DNA of 64,000 bases from assembly GCF_009914755.1 (NCBI RefSeq), contig NC_060946.1; one strand, given 5' to 3'. Source of the DNA: the human T2T-CHM13v2.0 reference genome, Homo sapiens. Below are positions 30,606 to 43,465 of the stretch, piece after piece. The stretch's first letter is position 1, and the number at the start of each line of letters is the position of its first letter. Made by a program: the position numbers and the translations under genes. The notes under the pieces were generated by a model, which saw nothing but the letters and a program-made list of their open reading frames with translations, searched no databases and was not told the origin of the DNA.

Positions 30606-30982
30606 TGTATTAGTCAGCTCAGGCTGCCGTCACAAAATACCACTGACTGGTGACTTAGGCAATAGAAATGAATTTTCTCACAGTCTGGGTGCTGGAAGTC
30701 CCAGGTCCAGGTGTCGACAGGGCTGGTTTCTTCCGGGGCCTGTCTCCTTGGCTTGCGACCTCCTCACTTGGTTGTCCTTCTGTGCCCCTGGGGTCTCCTT
30801 GTGTGTCCACATCCCCTTTTCTTACAAGGACACCAGTCAGGTTGGGTTAGGGTCCACCCTAATGCCCCATTTTAATTTAATGACCTCTGTAAAGGTCCTG
30901 TCTGCAAATGTAGTCACATTCTGAGGTCCTGTAACGCATGAATTGTAGGGGGTGGGTGGGGGACACCATTCAGCCCACGACA
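30606..30982 (-). mobile_element. MLT1 solo LTR
   Basis: 'tgtattagtcagctcaggctgcc...ttctcacagtctgg...gtcacattctgaggtcc...ggacaccattcagcccacgaca'. Confidence 0.85.
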
Positions 30983-31299
30983 GTAGTAAACATGCCCAGG
31001 CGTCATAGGACAGGCCCAGTCCCTACTCTCACCGGAGCTAGCCCGGTGGGGTGCAGACTTTGAACGTGCAGTTCACGTGGGGCCCAGGTGAGCCAGTGCC
31101 AGGCCTGAGTCGCTTCCCTGGTGACCAGCTGCAGCCTCCTGTCCATCGTGCGCCCTCCTCCTTTCCATCCTCCCTGCTGAGACTTGCCTGCACGTGAGGC
31201 CCGCCCGCGTCAGTGCCCCTTTGTGAGATTCGCCCATGCCAGTGCTCCCGCATGAGAAGGTACGCGCACATCACCCCTGCATTCTCACGGGACATAGGG

Positions 31300-31500
31300 T
31301 GTGATGGTTCATTTTATGTGTCAACTTGACCAGGCCATAGGGTGCCCAGATATTTGTTCAGGTATTATTTTGGGCTCATGAGGGTGTCTCTAGATGAGAT
31401 TAACATTTGAATTGAATTTGAATTGGTAGACCCCATAAAGCAGAGGGCCCTCCCCAACGGGGGCGGGCCCCATCCAATACATTGAAGGCCTGAACATCAC
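31300..31500 (+). mobile_element. MLT2-family LTR 5' fragment
   Basis: 'tgtgatggttcattttatgtgtcaacttgaccaggcc...gatgagattaacatttgaatt...catccaatacattgaaggcctgaa'. Confidence 0.85.
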
Positions 31501-31595
31501 TAAAGGCAGACCATCCCTCCAGCAAACCAGAATCGAGGTCAGGATTCCATCCGGTGGTTTCCAGAGGGTACCTTGCTCTTAGAAGATGCTGAGCA

Positions 31596-31810
31596 GGGAG
31601 GGGGGAGGGATAGCATCGGGAGATATACCTAATGCTAGATGACGAGTTAGTGGGTGCAGCGCAGCAGCATGGCACATGTATACATATGTAACTAACCAGC
31701 ACAATGTGCACATGTACCCTAAAACTTAAAGTATAATAAAAAAAAATAAAAAAAACAAGACCATTTCATAATATTGTTTAAAACAAAACAAAACAAAACA
31801 AACAAAAAAA
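31596..31810 (+). mobile_element. Young 5'-truncated L1 (L1PA2-like 3'UTR, ~145 bp) with A-tail, 24-nt extra tag and second tail; 15-bp TSD
   Basis: TSD agaagatgctgagca at 31581-31595 and 31811-31825; GAG/A diagnostic positions ('gatgacGAGttag', 'cttaAagtat'), so not L1-Ta. Confidence 0.95.
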
Positions 31811-33118
31811 AGAAGATGCTGAGCAAATGGCAGCCGCCGTGCTGGGGCTCCTGCAGAGTGGGGTGGGGGGCGGGGTGGAGTGCACAGAGAATCCTGCTGC
31901 AGCAGAGGATGGCAGAGCCCCACCTGCTTCCATTGGCAGGATCTGTGTGGGTCCTTATTCTGGGCTTTTATTCACATTGTTCTCCCCCACCAAAAACCTG
32001 CTCTTTCTTTAAAGCCCGGCCACAGTGCCCTCCCCCTGTCAGGAAACCTTCCAAGGACTTGGGTCCGCCTCGATCTGCACCTTCCACTAACCCCTGGGAC
32101 GTGTTCCCACTGCCGTAGATGGTTTCATGCATTATGACGACTCACTCAGAGCAGGCACTGGGAGAGAGATGAACGGTACGCCTGTGGGAAGCAGGCAGCA
32201 GGTCACTGCAGTCTTAGGCCTGGTCATGACAGCCCAACCTGGCTTTCTCACAGCTGTGCTTTGATGATGCCTGGGCTCACGTGTCCAGCAATCTATCCCT
32301 TCAACAAATACCAAGCACCAGACCCTGGGCTGGGCACTGGGAAAAGACAGTGGCTCTCCAACTGAGGCACTAAAGAAGCGCAGCTTCAATTGTGACAGGG
32401 GCTGCAAGAGTGTCGAACAGTCTCCTTTCATAGCGCGTGCATCATGCCTTCAGCACCCTTGAGCTCCGCAGGGGCTACTGAAAACCTGAATTCTGCCCAA
32501 ACATCTGGCCCCCCATCTCCTCTCACCTCCTACTTCACCAGGACCTTCAGACAGGAACTCCCTCAATTTCTCACCCTCAATCCTTCCAGCCTGCACCTGC
32601 ACCCACCTGCTCCTGTCTCCCTCCTGGACAGTGAAAGAAGCCCATCTCCTTCCAAGGCCAGCCCTCCACCTGTGAGCGACGCTGCCCATTCCACTTCCAC
32701 AGGGACCTCACGCTCAGGCAATCCTCAGTCTCCTGCATCTTCCACCTCTCCCTCCCTGCCACCTCCTTTCCCGTAGGCTCAAGCCTGACCCATCCTAAAA
32801 GAAAAAGAAAATGCCCGAATTCCAGATACCTTGTTATTCATTATTCAGCTAAGTTATCTTCAAACATTTTGTTCACATCTCCCCAAAGAACACGGAAAAA
32901 AATCTGTATCAAACTATCAAGTTGATTTCTAAATTTTTTCATCTTAAGTATTTACAGATGCAAATAATATAATTTTCAACAAATAGCTGAGATGCTTTAA
33001 AATAGAACAATTACATCACTCCTTCAATGATCTTAATAGAATTCAAATACAGAAAAATGTAGTACCCACCATTATCCATTTTGAAGTGGAACATGCTTTC
33101 TTTTAATGTTCGGAAATA

Positions 33119-33230
33119 CAGCTGGCCCTCAAACAACACGAGTTTGAACTGCAAGGAGCCACTTATAAAATGGGTTTTTTTCAACCAAACATAGACTAAA
33201 AATGCAGTGTTTGTGGGATACTCCCAAATA
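33119..33230 (+). mobile_element. MER8/Tigger2-like terminal fragment
   Basis: 'cagctggccctcaaacaacacgagtttgaactgcaaggagccacttata' resembles the Tigger2-group TIR. Confidence 0.6.
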
Positions 33231-33369
33231 TACTGAGAGAAAGCTATATTCTTACTACTTCTTCTAAAACCTGCATTTTCATGTCCCTTCACTCAGAATG
33301 TTATCCTAAGGTAGTATGTTTATGCTTGAAATTCTAGAGAATAACTATGATTTCACATACAGAACTAAA

Positions 33370-34330
33370 TTAAAATATATAACAAAAAGATGCCTGGAAA
33401 AATCTGAATATTTGGAAATTGAAAAGCATTTTTATGAATAACTTGTAGGTCAAAGAAGACATTAAAAAGCAAATTGGAAATACGTTGAGCTGAATAATAT
33501 GGAAAATACAATATCTGGAAATTTTTTAGATGCAGCTAAAGCAGTGCTTGAGGGAAATGCAGAGCTTTATGCTGTGTTAGAAAAGAAGGGAGATTGAAAA
33601 CTGATGATCTAAGTTCCCAACATAAGAAACTAGAAAAACAAGAGCAAGTGAAATACAAAGTAAGAAGAAAACAATACCAGGAAAAGCAGAATGAATGGAA
33701 TCGAAAATTGTCAAACAATAGAGAAAATCAGTAAAACCAAAAGCTGGATCTTTGAAAACATCCATAAAATTGCTCAATCTCCAGCTAGAAAAAACCCCAC
33801 ACTTTAAGGATAACAGCAGTGACAGATAGGACATCACTACAAGTCCTACAAAGGGAGATAAAGAAAAATTATGAATAACTTTATACCAAAAATGTTGACA
33901 GCTTAGATGAAATTATTTCCATGAAAGACATGAATTATTAAAATGGACATAAGAAGAAATAGAAAATCCTAATAGCCCTATATCTATTAAAGTCGAGGCC
34001 GAGCTCAGCAGTTCACACCTGTAATCCCAGCACTTTGGGAGGCTGAGATAGGAGGATTCCTTGAACCTAGGAGTTCGAGACCAGCCTGGGCAACAGAGCA
34101 AGACCCCATCTCTACAAAAAATAGAACAATTAGCCAAGGTGGTAGCTCATACCTGTAGTCCCAGCTACCCAGGAGGCTGAGGTGAGAGGATTGCCTGACC
34201 CCAGGAGGTTGAGGCTGTACTGCGCCATGATTGTGCACTGCACTTCAGCCTGGGCAACAGAGCTAGGTCCTGTCTCTTAAAAAAAAAAGAAAATAAAAGA
34301 AATTGTCTTCCACAAAGAAAATTCCAGGCC
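33370..34330 (+). mobile_element. L1M ORF2 fragment with an inserted AluJ (~33997-34290)
   Basis: 'gatgcagctaaagcagtgcttgagggaaat'; AluJ-type 'ggattccttgaacctaggagttcgag' and 'ggttgaggctgtac'. Confidence 0.8.
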
Positions 34331-34755
34331 TCAATCATCAATCTTATCTTTCTCTAAAGCATGATTCACCCGGCAGCCAAAGTGATCTTTCTGGAGTGCA
34401 GCTCTGTCCTGCCATTCCCCTACCTGAAATTCTTCAGGGGCTTCCTCCCCAAGATGGCATTCGAAGCAACTGATGAGCCAGCTGGTGCCTCTTGACACCC
34501 TCATCTCTAACCACCATCCTTCCCCACTCTGTGCCCCCTCACACCCACACATCACACACTACTGCAAATTCAAGGCAGTAAGTTTGTTGAGCATTTGTTC
34601 AGAAAAGTTATAAGAAATAACATTTAAGCAGAGCCTCAAACGCTGAGTTGGGTGAGCCAGATGGAGAAGAGGTGGAAGAGCTCCCGGCAGAGCCAACTAC
34701 ACGTCTAACCTCCTTCCAGAGGTGAGAAAATCCCCACACATCCAATTATCCACCC

Positions 34756-34915
34756 CAGCAGCTCTCTGGCGGCAGTACCCCCTCCCCCCACCAGGGGGCA
34801 TTTTGGACTATGTGGGAGCGTGAGTTGTCAGTCACTAGGGGATGTCACTGACATTTAGTGGGCCCAAGTGTCTGACATCCAGCAGTGCCCGGAACAGGCC
34901 CCACAGTGAAGTGCC
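34756..34915 (+). mobile_element. MER20B-like hAT relic
   Basis: 'ggcggcagtacc...agggggcattttggactatgtgggagcg...gttgtca...cactgacatttagtggg' follows the recalled MER20B consensus. Confidence 0.7.
34771..34800 (+). promoter_or_regulatory. Candidate CTCF site with upstream motif
   Basis: Core CCACCAGGGGGCA (34788-34800), preceded by GGCAGTACC with an 8-bp gap, as in TGCAGTNCC-N8-CCACC. Confidence 0.7.
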
Positions 34916-36879
34916 TGTTCTCTCGGGTTTGCCTCTGGAAGGAGGTAACTTGTGCAGTTAGCTCTGCCGGTAGCTTCTCCACCTCTCCTCCACCTACCAG
35001 CGTTTGAGGCTCTGCTTTTCTCGGAAACCTTTCTGAACAAATGCCCAAGAAACTTACTGCATTGAATTTGCCTCCCCCACCCCCACCTTTTCTTAAATAG
35101 AAGTCAAGTTAAATTCCATGAGGAGAGACTTTTAACTTGAATATACTCTGAAAAACATTAAGAAGGAGGGGAGAGGAAATGGTAATGTTTACTCTGTAAC
35201 CATGGCGTCCTCCCCACTCCTGAGAGAGGCTTTCGCCTGCTCTTGGTATTCTTGAGCTGTAAGTGGTTTCCCTGGAGCTGCTGGCTCACACCTGGGCCTG
35301 CACAGTTGCAGCAGCTTCCCGACGCCCGCTCGCCTCTCCCCTTGCCGCCTCCTGCTTCCTCATCCCCATTCATCTTTGCCTTTCATTATATTAGTCCATC
35401 TTTCCGTCGGAAGCACCAGCACTCGCCAGGCTCTCCCCCTCCCTGCTCCCAGTCTGGGAGCCCATCTACCTGGGGACCCCCGGCCCTGCTCCCCAGGAAG
35501 GTCCTTGGGAAGAAAGGTGAGACCGTTCTTTAACCAAGGGAAGGGCAGGAAGTGTCCTGGAGTTTGCCCCATCTGGTTTGCCAGGACACACAGCAAAGAA
35601 GCACTTAGCTTCCGTCTTGGTATCTTTTTTTTTTTTTTTTAATTTTGCATTAGTAATTATGGGCTGTGGTGTTACTGAAATCTGAAAAACTCAAGGAAGA
35701 AGTCTGCCTGCGCCGTGGTCATTGATTCTTTGCTTCTTTAAATGTATAGCTGAGTCTAAAGACTTGTCAGTCAAGGCAGGAAGATTAGCCTCACCCATGT
35801 GAAAGGAAGATGGGGAAGAAAAAAAAAAGCCTTGTCTGAACTTGAAAATAAAAATGCTGATGTGGTTTTTATTCCAAAAACATATCTTACTGATTAGGAG
35901 CATGGAGCACCACTGGATCGTGGGTGGGCCAGCTGTACTTGGCCTCCCCACTCTGCTGGGCCAGGCTGTCCGCCCGCAGGATGTCAGAGGCAGGGGCCCA
36001 GTGGGATCTTTGCTGATGGGTGTGGCGTGTGCACACGTGCACACAGGCACTGAGACGGTGCCCTCGGTCAGCACATTCACCTTCAGGCAGGAGACAGAAG
36101 GCGAGTCCCTGTGGAAGCAGCATGGACCCGGAGTCAGATGGGGCTGGGTTTGAACCTAGAGCTGTCATTTACTAACTGAGTAACCCTGGGCAGGTGACAA
36201 ATGCTTTGAGCCTTTGTTTCATTGTCTGTAAGACAGGGATCGTGGCACCTACTTTGTTGAGGTTGATGGGGTAATGCATGCACAGCCCATGGCCCCGCCG
36301 ACACAGGATAGACGCTCCATGAAAGGCCACCATGCCAGGGACTAGTGCGGTGCATGGCCATACTGCGGCCCTCTCCACCGCCCCCTACCCACCACCGCCC
36401 CCTGCCATCTGAGGCAGGCTTTGCCCAGGCAGCCTTTCCCTCTCTGGGTTTTCTCCCGAGGGTTTGGGCTGAAGGACAGGCCTTAGCCTTGGTGGGCCTC
36501 AGTGTCCATGACTGTGAAATGGAGCCGACACCTCTGCAGCTTCGACCACACAGGGCTTGTGGCTTGGCATGGCCGCAGACGCACTGCCAGGCCGGCAGCC
36601 TTCGCCAAGAACTGGATTCCTCCCGGCCTGGCCCGGCTCGGCTGGCATTCTCGCCAGTTTCATTGGGTTGAGTTCCAGAGCGATGGCAGCGATTGATAAT
36701 GCTGTAATTGGAGTGACTTGGGTATTTTCTGAGGTGTTGCCACGATGACTCATACTAGGGCAAGTTGAGGGCCCGCACTGTCCAGCCGGAGTCGGTTAGA
36801 GACCCTCAGGAGGCTCACAGGCTCCAGGGCCTGGATGTTAGGATGTGAGGCCTGGGGTTACCGAGATCCCACACCCAGG

Positions 36880-38720
36880 AGATGCTCGCGTGGAGCCTTC
36901 GCTCACAGCGGCCTGCGCGAATGGGGCTTGCTCCGAGAGGTTCAGCTGGCACCGAGAGCTGGCACCGAGAGCGTTTCCAGCTGCAATCTGTTCCCAGCAA
37001 TTAATAACTGTAAATAACAAGTCCGCTCCTCCGCCTGGCTCCGCGCTACTCTCCGCTTCCCTCCCAGCCCCTCAGCTGCTCCCCTTCCCGTGCCCACCCT
37101 CCCTCTCCTCCCCTCTTTCCTTCCATGTCGTCGAGAGGTCCCTGCCGTCCCTTCCCCGGGTCCCTCTGAGAACACCCAGCTCCCTTCCCGTAGGCCATGG
37201 GGGAAGGGACGAGCTCTGGCGCGGGGCAGGCGGGTGCTGGGGAGGTGGAGACAGCGCGCTCCCGAGCCCTGGACCACTCCCTCTGCCCCGCGCGGGGCCG
37301 AGCTCCACGGCACGTGCTTTGGCTTGGACCGGGAAGGCCCGCAGTCCCACAGTGCCCGGGGAGGACGGTCCGCGCCTTCCACGACTTCGCGCCGCCCGCG
37401 TGGCTGCAGCGCCGTGGCCCGGGGACGCGAGGCCACAGCCCGGGAGCGAGGAGCGCGGGAGGACCGGCCTGCCTGTGCCCGGCAAAGGGGGCCCTTCCGA
37501 GGCGGGCTCCCTTCCCCGCCGCTCCCGTAAGCGCGGGAGCCAGAGGACCCCAGACCCGCCGCGGCCCACCCCAAGCCCCGATCAAGTCCTGCAGCGCGGG
37601 AGGGACCCCTGCAGGCGCGGGGCCAGACGGGCGACAAAGCGGCGGACTGCGAGGGCCCTGAGGAAGCCGGCGGCGCGGGGTCAGGAGCAACCTGCTATTC
37701 GTAGGGTCAGGAGCCCACGCGTCCCCACTGCGGAGGGCGGGGTCGCAGCCAGGCCTCCCCGTTTCTAGCTGTGCGGCCTGGGGCGAGGTGCTTGACCTCT
37801 CGGGGCCTCAGTTTCCTTCTCTATGAAGCGGAGCTGATCGGCCGCGTCCCGGGGCTGCTGTGACAGTCCAAGGCGAGAACAGCAGCTCCGCGCCGCCCCT
37901 GGTGCTGGAGAACCGCTGGGGCCTCGGGAGAGGGCGCGGCGCGGCGGAGCGGCCCTGGCAGCCGGAGGGCGCGTGTGGCCAGGGCCGATCCTGCACTGCC
38001 CTCTGCGGGATGGCCCGGCCCAGTCCTCGACCCCCAGCACCTCCGCCGCCCGGCCTGGCCACCACCTCCGCTCCACGCGCCCAGGCCGCTCCCGTCGCGG
38101 GTCTCGGAGATTCTCCCGCGCCCAGGGGTGTCCCGCAGCCCCGGGCCTCAGCACCCAGCGCTCCCTTCTCCACGACGACAATGAGGCGGACCCTCCCCAG
38201 CGCCCTCCAGAGCTGTCGCATCCCGGGAGGTCAGGGCGAGTGTTGTTTGCATTTCACAGAGCAGGAAGCTTAGGCACAGACAGCGGCTCCCCGACCCTCG
38301 CTCGGCCTCTGCTGAGCAGGGAACGGCCTGAACGCGTCCGGCCAAGCGCCGCCTCCGGCCTCTGCCCGCGGCCCGGCGCGCCCTCCTCCCCAGCGCGCCC
38401 CTATCCTGCACGCATCCGCGGCCCCGGGCCCTTTCCGCAGCCCCACGCGGTCTCCTCCCGGGTTAAATCTATCCACTCGCGCGTTCCTTGGCAGCCGTGA
38501 TCACAGGCGTGACCACGGTCCCCAAGCCCTCGCGCCTCCGTCCACGCTATTGCGGCCGCCCCTGCGCGCCTGTCCCCTCCCTGTCCCCTCCTTCCAGCTC
38601 TGGAAACAGCAGCACCGGAAGCCCCCTGCCCCAGACTCACTGCCCACCCCCGGCCGAGCTGGCTGCCAGCCGAGCCCCTTGGATCTCTGCGCCCCCCCGG
38701 GCCCCCCACCACTCCACAGC
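36880..38720. promoter_or_regulatory. Orphan CpG island (no coding exon recognisable)
   Basis: Very GC-rich with dense CpG (gcgccgcccgcg, ccgggg, gcgcggcgcggcgg) compared with the CpG-poor flanks. Confidence 0.88.
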
Positions 38721-38749
38721 CCTGCGTGTCTCTGCTCTTTCTCAAAGTA

Positions 38750-39882
38750 AAGCCCTTCAAGTGCCATCCACTTGCGTCTCCCATTGGGATCCCCCTTCTC
38801 CCACCCCACAGCCCCTCCTCTGAAGCCTTTCATGTCCCTCAGTCTGGCTGCGACTCCTCCTTCTCCTGCCCTCCTGCTGGGTTCCCTGCCTTCCCCACTG
38901 GCGGCTTCTCCCCTGTGCTCTCCACCGGGTTTCTCTCTTCTACATTCCCTGGAAACCCATCCAGTTCTTCAGACACAATAATTCTCCTATGACCCCCAAA
39001 TATGTGCAGCCTGGACGGTGCCCTGAGCTCCAGACTCCTACATCCAACTCCAGGCCAAGCCGGATGCCTCGCCTGGCACCCGCCCCAGCCCAGACCTGTC
39101 CCCGCCCGCAACTTCCCAAACTCAGAAAATGACAACTCCTTTCCTCCCTTTTCTCCCCACGCAAACTTTACACTTGTCCCTGACTCCCCTCTTTCTCTCC
39201 AGTCTCACGTTTATTCCGTCAGAAAATCCCATGGCTCTCCCTTCCAGACATGGCCAGAACCCGGCCTCCCGGGCTAAGCCAAGGCAAGCTGCCTTTGCTC
39301 TTCCTGATGGTCACGGCTGCACCTTCCCTGGGCTCCCTGCCCCTGGTGTGGCCACCATAAGTCCCCACCCATCATCCTTTCTGAACCTAAGTCAAATCAC
39401 ATCATTCTTCTGCCAAAACCCTCCAAAGACTCTCAGCTTGCTCAGCGCACAGCCCGGTGCTCCTGGAGCCCACAGAAGGGGCACTGCCCTGGCTTCCCCT
39501 TCTGCCGCCGCGGCCGCTGAGGTGCTCCTCACTCAGACAAAGCTTCCTCCTGCTTCAGGCCCAAGGCACCAGAAGCTTCCTTCACCCGGACGCTCCTCCC
39601 TCAGACATCTGCCACCTCATTCCCACACCTCCTCCCAGTCTGCTAAAATGTCACCTTCTCCATGAAATTGCACCTGCAGCCTCCTTCCTGCAGTGGCCTG
39701 TCTCCCCTGCCCTGCCTCCCGGTTGTCTTGGACTTGCAGCCATCTGGCTGGCCCAGGGTCTATTAAATGCACTATCTGGCTCACAAGGGTAGTATGTGGG
39801 TCCCTTTGCTCACCACTGCATCCCTGTGCCTTGGGCAGCCCTGGCACATGCCAGGTGCCTGGCAAGCAGCTGCTGAGTGAAT
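38750..39882 (+). mobile_element. L2 fragment, GC-shifted
   Basis: 'aagtcaaatcacatcattcttctgccaaaaccctccaaagactc' and terminal 'cctggcacatgccaggtgcctggcaagcagctgctgagtgaat'. Confidence 0.6.
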
Positions 39883-40212
39883 AGCACATGGACGGCCCCG
39901 TGCTCCGTTCTCAGAAGCAGGAGTTGCAACAAGGTGGTCCCAGGGGCGAGTCTTCGTCAGTCCCAGGGCACTCCAGCCTTCCACTCCCACTGCATTTCAT
40001 CCAGGGCCGGAGCGGGTGGTCCTGACCTCAGCGCCCTGGATGGCCAGAGGGTCAGCATCAAAGCCAGATTAGCTCCCCAGCTTAGCCCTGGCTGCCACAT
40101 TCTTGTGACAGTTGTAGAACTGGAGAGCATCGGCGGGCCCAGTCTCAGCCTTGGACTCGGAGCTCTGGGAGTCCCTGCTACCACACATGCTCACACTCAC
40201 ACGTGCACACTT

Positions 40213-40238
40213 GCGCGCGCACACACACACACACACAC
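40213..40238. repeat. (GC)n(AC)n alternating purine-pyrimidine microsatellite
   Basis: gcgcgcgcacacacacacacacacac. Confidence 0.9.
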
Positions 40239-41643
40239 TTGCTAGTGCTGCCACCGGTTATGGAGCCGGGGTCCTCAACTTTGCTAACAACTCCTTGCAG
40301 CCCAACAGGAGACTGAACCCTGGGCGGACCCTTCCTGTCAAGACCCTCTTGTGTAGCATCTCATTTGCAGGAAGGAGGACCTTGCCTGCCCAGAGGGCAA
40401 CACGGCTTGCAGCCCCTGCTGCTGCCCACCCCAAGGGCAGGGCTGGCTCCACTGTGCCTGCTCAGCCATGGTGAGGGAGAGTTCCTCCTCCCAGACAAGC
40501 ACCAGCCTCTCCCAAATAGAAAGGCTACAAGCGACCCTACTGGTCACCATGTAGACCAAACAAGGTAACCCTGGGAATGCTCAGAGCATAGTGGCTCTCA
40601 GGGACCAGGGTGGTAATGACCATGGCTGTAGTTAGCATAATTCCAAGCTTGGCTTGATGCAGCTTGAATCACAATCAACCCCTCAACTGGCTCTTATTTT
40701 GTTTTGCCCTCACCTGGGGAAATTTGTTCTCCCCCTTCTTCCTGGCGCGTGGCACCTTTGTCAGTCTCTTTCTCCAGTTCAAAGGGAAACTGCTCTCTGA
40801 ACAGCAATCAGAACCACAAGCCAGGGGTTCCAGGCTCTCTCAGCCTTGGCATCGCAGAGATGGGGAACACCAGGCTTTTCGTCTGCATGAACAAAGCCGT
40901 GGGCATCCCACCAGGAGGTTGCGTCTGGCTTGCTTGCCTCTGTCCAGGGAACCTGGCCAGCCCTGGTACCTAGTAACCTGTGTCAAATCACATTTTATTC
41001 TCTTTCTGTAAGAATTATTGTCTGCAGTTTTCCCCATCACTACCACCACCAATCCATTATCCCTTCGGTGGAGTTGTAGTCAGGAGAGGGCTGACATTTG
41101 TCTGGCTTTGTGTGGCGGTCACGCGCCTTGCAAGTAGGAGGTGGCCAATACTTGATTTAAAACGAGAGAGCACTTCTGCTTCTGGCCAAAATGGAGTAAC
41201 AGGCTTCTTTACCACACCTGCAGCAACTGAAATAATCAGACAGAATACATGAAACAGTGGCTTCCAAGACCCCGACATCAGGCAAAATTAAATGCAGTGA
41301 TCCCAGAGAGAAAGGAAACAAGCAAGGTGAGCCCCTCTAATTGCCCCACATTTCTGCCTTGAGAGAGGGAGATTTCTCCCCCGGCCATGGTGCAGGCAGG
41401 GGGAAGCCAGACAGATCCCAGAAGACTCCCAAGTTCCACAGGTGGGGCTGGGAGTCCAGGAAGATCAAGGCAGCTGGAGTTCACTGGACAGAGTTTCAGA
41501 GAAAAGAGAGTTATGCAGGGAGGGAAGTGAGAGACGTGCAGGGGTGCCTTTCCAGTGTCCCCCAGAATACAGATCACTGCAAATATGGGAGGAAAATAAT
41601 TGAGGCTTGTGGAGAGAATCATCCTAAAGGATTAAAAAGAACA

Positions 41644-42527
<884 letters not shown>

Positions 42528-42693
42528 CTACTGTTTTACCAAATGTCAAATATCCAATCAGAGATTATGAGACATACAAAGAAGCAGGAAATATTATTAA
42601 TACTGACATAATGAGGAAATGATTAAGCAATCAAAAGTGACCCATGATTAACACAGATGTTACAATTAGCAAAGAAGTACATTAAAATAGTTA

Positions 42694-43100
<407 letters not shown>

Positions 43101-43103
43101 TCA

Positions 43104-43465
43104 GGCCAGGCACAGTGACTCATGCTTGTAATCCCAGCATGCTTGAAGACATAGCAGTAGGGACTATCGACAAAGAAACACACAGAGGGAAAAAGAATTC
43201 CACATTTGGGAGGCTGACGCATGAGGATCACCTGAGGTCAGAAGTTCAAGACAAGCCTGGGTAACATGGTAAAACCCCGTCTCCACTAAAAATACAAAAA
43301 TTAGCTGGGCATGGTGGCCTGGGGCTGCAATCTCAACTACTTGGGAGGCTGAGGCATGAGAACCTCTTGAACCCAGGAGGTGGAGGTTGCAGTGAGCAGA
43401 GGTCATGCTACTCTCAAGCCTGGGCAACAGAGCAAGACCCTGTCTCAAAAATAAATAAAATAAAA
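43104..43465 (+). mobile_element. AluS carrying a 63-bp non-Alu insertion (43142-43204)
   Basis: Alu is interrupted between 'aatcccagca' and 'tttgggaggctg'. Confidence 0.9.

Noticed and set aside
36845-38833. Many overlapping 130-307-aa Pro/Arg/Gly-rich ORFs
   Set aside because: Expected stop-codon scarcity in a CpG island; no recognisable protein family.
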